NCBI GenBank assembly: GCA_964016885.1
Contig: OZ024744.1
Coordinates: 27,404,001 to 27,468,000 of the forward strand
Reading direction: 5' to 3'
Source of the DNA: Eledone cirrhosa
Taxonomy: Eukaryota
DNA length: 64,000 nt
The notes beneath the pieces are model-generated. The model was given only the letters and a program-made list of their open reading frames with translations, was not told the origin of the DNA and did no database searches. Shown piece after piece: positions 1 to 11,399 of the stretch. The stretch's first letter is position 1. Each line of letters opens with the position of its first letter. Made by a program: the position numbers and the translations under genes.

Positions 1-1511
1 TCTAAGGTGCGTCTATGGATGGGGGGGGGGGGGGGGGGCGCAATCCCAGCCTGGTTCATAGACGACAAACTCCAGCTCATGCGATACATCATAGAGAGTG
101 TAGAGTGTAAACCGGGCTTCAGGTGGGGTTCTGATCAATTTAGATCAATCGAAAGCATTCGATAGGTGGTGACCATCTATATCTTGAAGCTCTCCTCAAG
201 GCAGCTGGCTCTGCTCTTCAGAGGCTTCATCGCTCAATGCACGTTTCAGATCTCAGTCCGTCTAGGGTGCCCTCTCTCTGCCCTTCTGTACGTATTGACA
301 CTAGGGTCTTTTCTGCGGAAGCTGGAGCTGTTGCAGGGCATCCCGCTCGAAATGTAACGCGGAAAGGCTGTGTCGACTTATGTGGACGACATCGAGGTGG
401 TCGGCAACTTAGTGGAGGAATATGAAAGGTTGACGGGAGCAAAACTTAATCCGGAAAAGTCGGTGGGCTTGCAACTCGATAAGAATTGGGACTAGGTGAC
501 AGGCAGGGTAGCCAGTCTCACCCAAAAATGGGCTGCGAGGAAGCTATCACTGAAAGGTCGAGCGGAGGTTGCGAACACGTATATCGCGTCCCTCATCTAC
601 TATCGCCTGGTCATCGTCCCTTGACCCCGTCCGCCTCTCGCCAACTTGGATCGGCTCCCCTTCAAATTCTTGTGGAGAGGGCAGGTTCCGTGGGTGAGGC
701 GTTCTATCTGCTCCCAGCAACCTCAGCGGAGGACTTTCGAGCCGGGGACGATGGATAATTTCCCAAAATCCCTCGCTTAGCAGTGCTACCGGGGGGCACT
801 GCCGGTTCGATATAAACTCTACAGGCACGGAAGTGCTGTCAGATGGACCTGCCCGAGATGCGCGCAGAGCGACGAAACCGTTCTGCTCGCACTCATCCAG
901 TGCCCGAGCACTGACTTGTGGATTTATGTCGACAGTTGTTCTCGCGTGTAGAACTGATCCGTCTATCGGCCGAGACCATAGTGAAGATCGAGCCACCGCC
1001 TTCTTTTGGTCAGGAAGGGCAGGTAATTTTCCTCTGTCTGGTGGCAGTAGCGAAAGAGGTTATATAGTGGACGAGGTTGAAAGGACTGAATACAGACACG
1101 TTTCTCTTCGGCCAATCCCTCATCAACTTGTTAACGTTTTACTTGGAAAGGAAGGTGAGGGTGGAGAGAGAAGTGCTGCCCCCCAGTACATTTGCTGAAA
1201 GGTGGGTGAATGTGGCGAGAATGGCCCGTGTGAGTGGGCCTACTCTGGTCATGCGCCTGTATGTGGGTGAATTTGAAGAGGAGAAGGTGCCCTTCCCGGG
1301 TGCTCTCGAAGCGTCGGGTCGTTCAGGATTGGTGGGGTATCTGAGTGAATCCTGGGTGGTCATCCCCCTATTGGGGATTTTTTATTGTAATTGTATTGTT
1401 ACTTTGTTATTGTTATTCATATTGTTTACTCGATTTTTCTGTAAAACCCCACTGTCCCAGTCTTTTGTATTGTCCCCTATATGTCGGCCCTTGTGGCCAA
1501 TAAATGAAATC
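1..1511 (+). mobile_element. Tx1-like (L1 clade) non-LTR retrotransposon, 3' fragment with internal deletions (copy 1)
   Basis: Broken RT motifs (LINLDQSKAFDR, GCPLSALLYVLTL, YVDD) and CPRC..H..C knuckle, colinear with ORF2 at 4931-8332. Ends ccttgtggccAATAAAtgaaatc, followed by (ATT)n. Confidence 0.9.
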
Positions 1512-1540
1512 ATTATTATTATTATTGTTATTGTTATTAC

Positions 1541-2521
1541 TCCTTGAGTCTCAGTCATTGATGTTAGTTAACCGGAAAGTCCGTTGGAATGAATATCAAG
1601 CCACTACCTGCAGCCTCAGATATTCAGGACGTATCTGAGGGTTCTTGCTGTTCCCAGCAAGCATGCTTTTTGAAGCGTTCCAAAAAGCGTGAAGGGGCCG
1701 ATTTTCTTTAACCATCCCTGGAAACTTTTGGAGATAGTCCCCAGTGCGCCTATGACAATCTGGATCACTTTGACTTCATGGCAGTTCCAAATCCTTTTTA
1801 CCTCCCACTTTAAGTCCTGGTATCGGTTAATTTTCTCCCTCTCCTTCTCTTGCACTCTCGTGTCGAATGGGCAGGCCACATCCACAATCAGACACGATCT
1901 TTTTTCTTTGTCCACAACCACCAGGTCAGGTCTATTGTGTTCCAGTTTCTTGTCCGTCTGTATCCTAAAATCCCACAGCACCTTCACCTGATCGTTCTCC
2001 ATCACCGCCTCTGGCTTATGTTCATACCATTTCTCAGATTGTGGTAAATTGTTTACTTTGCACAGGTGCCAGTGGATCACCCTTCCCATCACATCATGTC
2101 TCCAGCCCTTATAGTGGGTCTGGGCTAGGTGTTTACACTCGGATACAATGTGAGCCACAGTCTCCTCTCTCTCTCCACAGATCCTGCACAGTGGGCTAGC
2201 CTCCTCCTTGTAAATATGGTGTTTCAACCACTTCGTTTTGAGGGCCTGCTCCTGCGCAGCCATTAACATTCCTTCTGTAGCCTGTTTAAGGTCTCCTCTT
2301 CTCAACCAGTTCCATATCTGTGGATCTCTAAATTCAGTTTTCTCAAAGAAGGTACTATGAAGGGATTTTTCCTGAAGGCTGCTCTTTCTCCTTGATGTTA
2401 TTTCCTCCTTGGACATCCCCTGGCCTATTGTCCCCTCCTTCAGTACAGTTCTGAGCATTGGCTCCTTACTATCAGTCACGTATTTGTGTAGGTTGTTTTT
2501 CTCCATCTGAACACAGTCCTC
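1541..2521 (-). mobile_element. R4/Dong-like RLE non-LTR retrotransposon, 5'-truncated, sitting in a (TAA)n microsatellite
   Basis: ORF 1616-2506 has CRICGEREETVAHIVSEC (CCHC), RHD, WDFRIQTD, RPD...DVACPFD and K..KINRY of the restriction-like endonuclease. (TTA)n lies on both sides (1512-1540, 2522-2579). Confidence 0.85.
1616..2506 (-). CDS. C-terminal part of R4/Dong-like protein (CCHC finger + PD-(D/E)xK restriction-like endonuclease); RT missing
   Basis: Uninterrupted 296-aa frame with the RLE motifs; 5' end truncated at the microsatellite. Confidence 0.8.
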   Translation of the reverse strand: MEKNNLHKYVTDSKEPMLRTVLKEGTIGQGMSKEEITSRRKSSLQEKSLHSTFFEKTEFRDPQIWNWLRRGDLKQATEGMLMAAQEQALKTKWLKHHIYKEEASPLCRICGEREETVAHIVSECKHLAQTHYKGWRHDVMGRVIHWHLCKVNNLPQSEKWYEHKPEAVMENDQVKVLWDFRIQTDKKLEHNRPDLVVVDKEKRSCLIVDVACPFDTRVQEKEREKINRYQDLKWEVKRIWNCHEVKVIQIVIGALGTISKSFQGWLKKIGPFTLFGTLQKACLLGTARTLRYVLNI

Positions 2522-2579
<58 letters not shown>

Positions 2580-2796
2580 GAATGCTATGGTTGACGGAGG
2601 TTCGGCTCTGTAAGGTATTGTAAATTTTGAACGCTATAACAATTGTAAATTGTTTAAAACTTTTACCAACTTGTAAACAAAAACACCCTCCTCCTCGTGA
2701 GAGGGGGCTCTCTGCCCGTTATTTGGCCCTTCGGGGTTAAATAACTGCTTATTGGGGTTTTGTGCCCAATATTTATTTTAAACAAAAAAAAACAAC

Positions 2797-4385
2797 TTGG
2801 CTACGAAAAAGAATTTTCATAGGTCACTCCTACTCATTCCGTCTTCTTCCTCAAACATCACTACAGCAGAGAGAAGATTGTCTCTCTCCCTCCCTTCTTT
2901 AAATGTGTCTCTCTCCCTCCCTTCTCTTTCGCAAGCGACGACAGAAAAGAAAAGTCTCGTGCAAAGCGTGCAAGATTTCTCCACGACGACGACAACGACG
3001 AAACAGGTGTGCGGGAAATACGAAAACCCATTTCATTCGTCTGACGTCAGGAATAATAGCAGTAGCAGCCGTAATAACAACAGCAACAGTGACAATGAAA
3101 ACAACAGTAGCAGCCGCAACAGCATCACCAGCAGCATAAACAACAACAGCATTAGCAGCAGCAACACCAACAACAACCACAGCAACAGCGGCGAAGGCAG
3201 TAGTCGTAGTACCTGCAGCAACAACAAAAGTAACAGCAGCTCTGACGACAACAACAAAAACAGCAGCAAAGAAAAACCAATCTCGTTTGCAGGTATCGCG
3301 AAGAACCTGGAAACAATCCTCATAACAAATGAAGAATTAGAGGAAGCGAAGAAGATGGTGACAAAGACTGGACACCGAGCAATCTGCAAGGCAGCGGAAA
3401 ATTTTTTCGAAACCCAACAGCACTGTACGGTCACGTACCGTACAGTAAGTACAAAATCCCGTAGGGTTGAAAGAGCCACAGAGGCTCAAATACAAAAAGC
3501 CTTGGGTGTGTCAGCGGAAAACGCACATCACCCGAGGCAAAAAATATGCCACCGTAGACGTACTTTTTGCCACACCCCAGGAGGCAAAGGCTCAATCCGT
3601 AGTGACCCTAAGGAGCGAGGAAATGGTGTTGGTGCCCTCCTACTGCGGGCAAAAAATTGTGAGGGTCAAACTGACCCACGCCCCCCCCCCCCCCCCCCGG
3701 GATGGCCCCTTCTTGGCTGGCCGCGTCTGTCCTCGCCGGAATCGAGGACAAAATAACTGTACTGCAAGTACAGAAAAAAGTAAGAGAAGATTGGGTCGGC
3801 ACCTCCATTGAGATGTTAATCCAAACCAACCAGGAGTGTATCGAAGCTATCCCGGATGTGATAGACTTCGATAACGGCACTCAACTACCCATAAGTGTTG
3901 AGGGAAAACGCCCGAAATGCTTTCGCTGTGGATCGAAGACTCACCTCAGGGCCTTCTGCAATGAGAAGACCCTGAGAAAGGAGAAAACCCTCCTCCTTCC
4001 GAAACCGGTTCCACGGCTACCAGCAACAGGACAAGCGGCAACCAGGAACGATAGGTCCGTGGCACCCATACCCACGCCACGGAAATCAAAAACAGCAGCA
4101 GCAGTGGAAATATTAACAACAACAGCAATACCAAATGCAGCTGCAACAGAGACTCCAGTGCAAACATCACCAACAACAACAAGTGAATGAGTGGAGCTGG
4201 TACCCCTCCCCGACCTCACAGCATCAGACATGGAGTGTGAGGTGGGAGAGGGATGGCAAAAGGTCGTAAGAAGGCACAAACGCAGAAGCAGCGCATCGTC
4301 GCCTTTGAAAAGGGAGGAAAGAAATGAGAAAAGGGTAAAGTCTACTGCAAAGAGACCCACAGCAGCAACACCACCAACACTATAA
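2797..4385 (+). pseudogene. Tx1 ORF1 (gag-like, CCHC zinc knuckle), frameshifted
   Basis: Segments in three frames; VEGKRPKCFRCGSKTHLRAFC knuckle; basic WQKVVRRHKRR motif; one frameshift at the poly-C run near 3680-3698. Boundaries approximate. Confidence 0.75.
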
Positions 4386-4930
4386 CCACCCACACTAGCA
4401 CCACCAACACCACCGGCGACAACCCCACCGCCAACAACACCTTCAACACCACCACCACAAGCACCAACATCGCAAACACAACATCAAAACACACACACCC
4501 AGCAACAACGACAAGAAAATAGCAGAACCACACCCCACCCCCAGAAAAACAAATGCACGGCAATAAATACACACAACAAGAAACTAATGACTTACATAAT
4601 TGAACACACAGACATTTCACAGCACGACTACATAATACCAGCACCAATCAAAACGCCAACTAACATAAGACTGCTAAAAATAGCACAGAAACAATACACA
4701 AACATTAAAACGAAATTCCCCAACGCAGTTGGTGATTTCAGGGACCTAGGAGGAACTATCAATCGAAGAGTATATTCAGATATTCTCATAGAAGAGCCGA
4801 CGACCAGCCGAAGGGACGATTCAACGGTCCCTTCACCAGACGATCAAGTGAAAAGGGATGTAAAAACCATCCCTCCTCTACCAAAAGTACGGTAGGTGGT
4901 CTTTCCCATCTTTTCCACTCTATTTTAAAC

Positions 4931-7900
4931 ATGACCTCACTCAGAATAGGCAGCATAAATGCGCGTGGCTTGGGGTCGTCATGGAAGCAGGGTCACCTGC
5001 TCAACGACCTCAGGTCACTAAACATAGATGTAGTGGCCATCAGCGAGACCAGAATCTCCGAAGCACGGGCCTTCGCACCGATCTTCGGCGGCTACGATGT
5101 GTACGCATCTCCCAGCCGTCCTGGATCGGGGGGAGGAGTTGCTGTGCTTTTTCGGAGAGGTTTGGATATCACCATACGGGCCATCTTCCTGGACCCAGAG
5201 GGTAAGCTGGTGGTGCTGGACGTGACCAGCGGAGACGGGCAAGCTTTCAGGCTAGTGGCCGTCTATGCCCCGACAGGAGCAGGGCGGCCTGATTTCTTCC
5301 GGCGTCTGGAGACCTTTCTTGGAACGTCCCGCTCTTTAGTGTTAGTGGGCGACTGGAACGGGATCTTAGATGCACGCTGGGACTGTGTGGGATTAGCGGA
5401 TAGGGGTGGAGGGTGCAAGAGCCTCACCAACCTGTCTGACAGGTACCGATTGGATTTCCCGAATGTGCCAATGTGGACTTGGACAAATCGCATAGGGTCA
5501 TCCAGATCATATCTAGATAGAGTATTTTGTAGAGAAATAGAGAGGTCTAGCATAGGCTGTCCACAATTCAAGATAGTCAGCTACACGGACCACAAATTCG
5601 TGATCTGTGTGCTTGACTTAGATAGGCTTCATAGACGAGGACCCGGCTACTGGAAGCTAAACGCGTCCTTACCAGCGCGCAAGGCCTACAGAGACCGGAT
5701 TAGCGAACTAGTTAAGCGGGCGTTGACTGGGGCCATCGTCAACAACAAGTGGTGGTTTGTTCTGAAAAGAGCGATTAGAATAGAATCGATTAGGTTTAGT
5801 AAGGCTTTAGCAATAGATAAAAATAGAGCAGAGGGAGAACTAGTTAGAAAATTAGACGAGGCGCTTAGCAAAGGCATTGCGACCGACGTGCTTGCGGCGA
5901 AATTGGCCCTTGACCAATTCTTCAATGCAAAGAACGAAGGCTGCGTTGTCAGAGCAAGGTTGCGTGCTCTCAGACAAGATGGGACGAAAGCCGTTCAATG
6001 GGCCCGAGTGGCGGAGGCGCGTCGTGGCAACAAAGCCACGATCCGGTCTTTGGTGGACCACGACGGGCGCATGCTACTCGATCCCGGGCAAATGTGTGAA
6101 GCTTTTCAGCGACACTTCGCTCAGCTGTTCGGGGGCAGCGGTGGGCCGGGTAGAGGGATGGACTTTAGTGTCTACCTCGACGGACTGCCGCGGCTCTCGG
6201 CCACTGAGGCGAAGTGTTGCGAAAAGCCGATAACAACCGCTGAAGTAAGGGAGGCAATGACTGGCTGCACAAGGGGTAAATCGCCTGGTCTGGATGGTCT
6301 GCCCTATGAACTTTACGTACAGATGCCAGACTTGTTCGGAGGCCTCTTGGCGGACGTCTACTGCAACTGGCAACAGAACGGGAGAATTCCCAGTTCTGTG
6401 AGCCGAGGAGCGGTGGCACTGCTCAGAAAGGATCCGAACAAGGGGGATAACATAGATAATTTCAGGCCCATAACTCTGCTAAACACAGAGTTCAAGATTT
6501 TGGCCAAGGTGCTAGCAAAGAGGTTGGCGCTTGTCGTTGGTGGTCTGGTGGGAGAGGCGCAGACATGCGCCATTCCCGACAGATCCATCCACGACAACCT
6601 CCACCTCATGCGATACATCGTAGAGAGGGTAGCTAAGGAACCTGGCACGGGTGGGTCCTTGATCAATTTAGATCAGTCGAAAGCTTTCGATAGCGTCGAC
6701 CATCGTTACCTAGTGGCAGTCCTGGGGGCGGCTGGCTTTGGGCCCGTCTTCAGAGGCTGGATCGCTGCCATGCACAGCGACATCTGCTCTGTGGTGAGAG
6801 TGAACGGTCACCTTTCGGAACCGTTCAACATCATGCGCTCGGTCCGCCAAGGATGTCCTCTCTCGTCCCTCTTGTACGTATTGACTCTCGAGCCATTACT
6901 GCACAAACTGGAGACGTTGAGGGGAGTCCCGCGCGAACTAGGATGCGGAAGATCCGTGTCAGCATATGCGGACGATGTCACCGTAGTGGTGTCGAACGCC
7001 AAACACATCGAGGCGATCGGCACTACACTAAGAGAATACGAAGCGGTGACAGGAGCAATGATCAACCAGGAAAAGTCAGTGGGCCTGCAGCTCGGCACCT
7101 GGAGAGGCAGGTCCATGCCGTCCAACAGCGTCGTCGGATGCTGGACGGACGGACCGGTTAAATTGCTAGGGGTCTGGTTCGGTCCGGACCTCCAGACGGA
7201 CAAAAACTAGGACGAGGTGACGAGCAGGGTGGCTTCTCTCACCCAGAAATGGGCGGAGAGGAAGCTATCCCTGAAAGGTCGAGCGGAGGTGGCTAACGCG
7301 TACATCGCGTCTGTCATCTGCTACCGCCTGACCGTCGTACCTTGTCCTAAGCCTCGCCTGTCTGCGCTGGAGCGTTTGCTCTTTCGCTTTTTGTGGAAGG
7401 GACGCGCTCCGATGGTCAGGCGGTCCATCTGTTGTCAACACCCGCTACGTGGAGGGCTGGGCATGCCGTGGCTGATGATGCGCAGGCACGCGCTCGGGCT
7501 ACGACATCTCCACCTCTTCCTCGACGGTGATCAGGTGGGGTCGCCGTTTGCTAGACACGTATTTCCCCAGCTCGTTTCCTAGACGGAGCTGCAGTCCTGG
7601 GTCCAGCGAAGACCGAGAGGGAGCGCCTGGAGATTGTAATGTCTTCAGGTGCTCACAGCCCTCGACCAATCGGGCAATGTGATCGGTGTAAACTCCACCT
7701 CGGCGTTCTATAGAGGATTAGTGGAGGGGAAGAGCGACGACGTACTTGGGGAAACTCTAGGCGTCGACGAAAATCAACTAGCCAATCTCTTCGGAAGAAC
7801 TTTCGGGTCAGGGCCTATGGACAACTTCCAGAAATCTCTGGCCTGGCAGTGCTACCGAGGAGCCTTGCCAGTTCGGGATAAACTCTACAGGCATGGAGGT

Positions 7901-8332
7901 GCCGTCAGCCGGGCATGTCCGAGATGCGCGCAGGGCGACGAAACCGTCCTGCACGCACTCGTCCAGTGTCCGAAAATTGCTGACTTGTGGGTTTATGTCG
8001 AACACCTGCTGTCGCGTTTAGGACGGATCCGGCTATCATCTGAGTCCATCGTGAGGATTACCCCGCCCTCCTCGTTTAGCCGGGAAGGGCAGGCAGTTTC
8101 TATCTGTCTGGTGGCCATGGCGAAAGAGATCGTATGGTGGACACGTTTGAAAGGTCTGAAGACGAGCACTTACCTCTTCGGTGATGCTCTGATTGACTTT
8201 TTCAAATTTCATTTGAAAAGGAAAATCAGAGTAGAGAGGGAAGTGCTCTCTTCCCAGCATTTTGTTGAAAGATGGGTGAGAGAAGCAAGAATGGCCCGAG
8301 TGAATGGGCCTACTCTGAGTATATATCTGTAA
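4931..8332 (+). pseudogene. Tx1 ORF2 (APE endonuclease - reverse transcriptase - CCHC), one frame with 3 premature stops
   Basis: SINARG, ISET, VYAP, GDWN, YLDR, TDH (APE); KSPGLDG, NFRPITLLN, DQSKAFD, RQGCPLS, YADD (RT); CPRC..H..C. Stops at 7208, 7580 and 7637 are sense codons in sibling copies. Confidence 0.93.
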
Positions 8333-8592
8333 ATTAAAGGTGGAAAACTGGGAGAGGGCACTTGCCTTGGTGGTCAGGGTCATTGTGGCTTTTTACTGGG
8401 CTTTCTCCACAAATGTCCCTCCGAAGTCTCCCCCCTATTGGGGAATTTTTCATTGTTATTTTCATTGTTATTTTTGTTACATCCTCTGTTTTTGTTTTTT
8501 TACACGCAGAAATGCCCATTTGTACCGTCCTGCATTGTCCTGCACTGTCCTTAATGTCTACTTTATGTAAACCCTTGTGGTTAATAAAGAAA

Positions 8593-8647
<55 letters not shown>

Positions 8648-9660
8648 TTCCTACAACGTTAAGAGAGATTTTAAAGCAGATGTGGTGAGTAAATTTTAGG
8701 ATCGAATCTCCTACAACAAATTCTTTGAGTTTGTCTGTTTCCGTGAATACGTATCCTTTTATTTATAATTGTATTTATAATTATAATTATAATTATAGTC
8801 TTTTAAATGAATACACCATCAGCTTCCCTTGTGAATGATGTAATATACACGCGTATTTCACTCCGATTCTACATTGCAATATATTCTTACTTCTCCTTTT
8901 TCTGGTATCATGCAAAGCAGCAGCTGGTAACCAGGAAATCCAGGCTAAGAAAAAGATATTTTAATAACAGTTTAGCTCTTTGGTTTCGCTTTGCTTATTT
9001 TATGTGAAGATAATTAGTGAAGTTACTTGGAATGTTATGAAAACAAGACTAATTTCATAACATGATGTCAACCTTATAGCACGGGCCCACTGATAGAAGT
9101 TACGGGTTTGTCCTCCCAAATTGTTAATGATATAACAGTTTCCATGCTGTGTTTTGAAAACTGAAGTTCAACAACTAGCAAGACACTGCGTTGTTTTTAG
9201 ATTTTTGTTTAAAAATATATTTATATATGTTGAAATATAAGATAGAACGGAAGTGCCTTTAAAATATCCTGCTGAATCATGAAATATTTTCGGCTGGTTT
9301 TGTGGAACACCATGGAGCCGGGGATTAGCTCCTGATATCAGAGAGCATGATTTGTTTTCGATTCAAGGTTGAAGGCGTTTCACTTTACTCGCCTGAAAAT
9401 GCTCCTGGGAAAATGTCAAAGCCAGGACTTTCCATTTGGCCATATATTTCCTGATTATATAAAGCGGGATGTTCTCTTTTTTTCCTTCTACTCATTGCCG
9501 ACATGAAATTGTGACGTTTCAAAGATTTAATCGCATGAAAGGTAATTGTTAAATATCCAAACGAAAACTAAAAAAAAAAAAACATATATCAACACACACA
9601 CAGAAATCCTTCATCAGGAAAGTACGGATTGGGGGTGAACAGAAACTCCGAGGAGTAAGG

Positions 9661-9778
<118 letters not shown>

Positions 9779-9850
9779 TGATAGTAGCTAAAATGCTTCC
9801 ATGAGCGGTATGCCGGTTGAGCACTCTATGCTCTTACAAAGCAGAGTATG

Positions 9851-10134
9851 ATATAATATGAAACGAAAAATCAGTGATGCATCTGAACTCAGTTTATTGA
9901 GTGTTACAAATGTTTCGCCGGCGGACAGTGCGAGACGTGATCATTGTGTGGATCTGTCAGATTCTGGACACGCAGATTCTCTCGCTGAGAGAATATGCTC
10001 CGAAATCATTAGACGTGTCCGTCGAACCTGCGGGTCCAGAATCTGACATTGATCACGTCTCGAGCAGTCCGCCAGCGAAACAATTGTAACACACAATAAA
10101 TTGAGTTCAGATGCATCACTGATTTTTCGTTTTC

Positions 10135-10142
<8 letters not shown>
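9851..10142. repeat. Long imperfect inverted repeat (MITE-like or foldback element) abutting (TA)n
   Basis: gaaacgaaaaatcagtgatgcatctgaactca... on the left is mirrored by ...tgagttcagatgcatcactgatttttcgtttt on the right; arms over 100 bp. Confidence 0.85.
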
Positions 10143-10225
<83 letters not shown>

Positions 10226-10855
10226 TTTGTATTGGTGCTCTGAAATAACGATATATGAATAAATGTACATAGTGTATATTTAACAATATACTGTAATTAT
10301 GGTATTGTATCGGTATCACACTTATTCACTACCACCACTATTATCAGCAATCGTATTCTGTACTTATTATTATTTTTTTTACTTATTTTTTACGTTTATA
10401 CCATCTTCACCTCTGTACCACCTGTACGTCTGTACCATCTTTACGTCTGTACCATCTTCTTTACCTCTTTATCATTATCTTTTATTATTGATGTTATTGT
10501 TTTGATTCTCCGTTGTATCTATATATGTAAAACCATATGTAAAACTAGTATGCCAATGATTTGTTCAGGGGTAAACACTGTATTTAAGGTCGACTGACGC
10601 AACTTCGAGTGATTAGCAGACTTTAGACTCACCTGATCAATGAAACAATTGTTAATACTAGAATTAAAACCTTTTTGTACAGCCGACCATGTTATTCTTC
10701 AACCTTTCACTATTATTACTTCAATAATAACCTGAACTCGCTACCTAGCTATGGAAACCTCTTGTTGAGTCAAACAAAGCCGTACGTTAAAACTATCCAC
10801 AATACAGAGTACTCATAACATCTAACTGGATTATCTATAACGATCACTTGTTATC

Positions 10856-10915
<60 letters not shown>

Positions 10916-11325
10916 ACTAGAAATTGATTAACATATATATAAACATGAATAATCACAGGAGATAATTTTTACAAGCGTGTAACCACGCATAGCTAGGTAG
11001 GTAACAAAATAAAGTTGACTAGAACTTCAAAAATAGATACCTTTTAATATGATTAATCTTCCCTGTATATATTCCATTAAAGAAATATATTTCATCAATT
11101 AATCAGATGGTAAGTCACGGAAGTGGATATTTTTGGATTATCAACGAGGAAGAAAAATCTCCAGCAATCCATGTTTACACAACGAGTCCAAATCTGCAAC
11201 TGGCTGCTACCACGTGTTGTGTTTACACATCACAGCAGCTTCGTCTCAGTGGCGTGAATAGGTATTCGACAACTAGAAACAGCAGTCGATTCCTTTCAAC
11301 AGAGTTAGCTCTACAATTAAGGAGC

Positions 11326-11396
11326 CGTATTTATATATCTATATCCAAAATTAAGGATATAGATATATAAATTTTGGATATAGATATATAAATACG
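11326..11396. repeat. Perfect 27-bp inverted repeat at the 5' junction of Tx1 copy 3
   Basis: cgtatttatatatctatatccaaaatt (11326-11352) and aattttggatatagatatataaatacg (11370-11396). Confidence 0.9.
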
Positions 11397-11399
11397 ACA

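Larger units (their letters stand above)
2580..8594 (+). mobile_element. Near full-length Tx1-like non-LTR retrotransposon (copy 2)
   Basis: 5' UTR starts right after (TTA)n, followed by frameshifted ORF1, ORF2 and a 3' UTR ending AATAAAgaaatc, then (ATT)n at 8595-8646. Confidence 0.93.

Noticed and set aside
8650-9600. Unique-looking sequence that might hide a host exon
   Set aside because: No recognisable ORF or domain; small exons cannot be excluded without RNA-seq.
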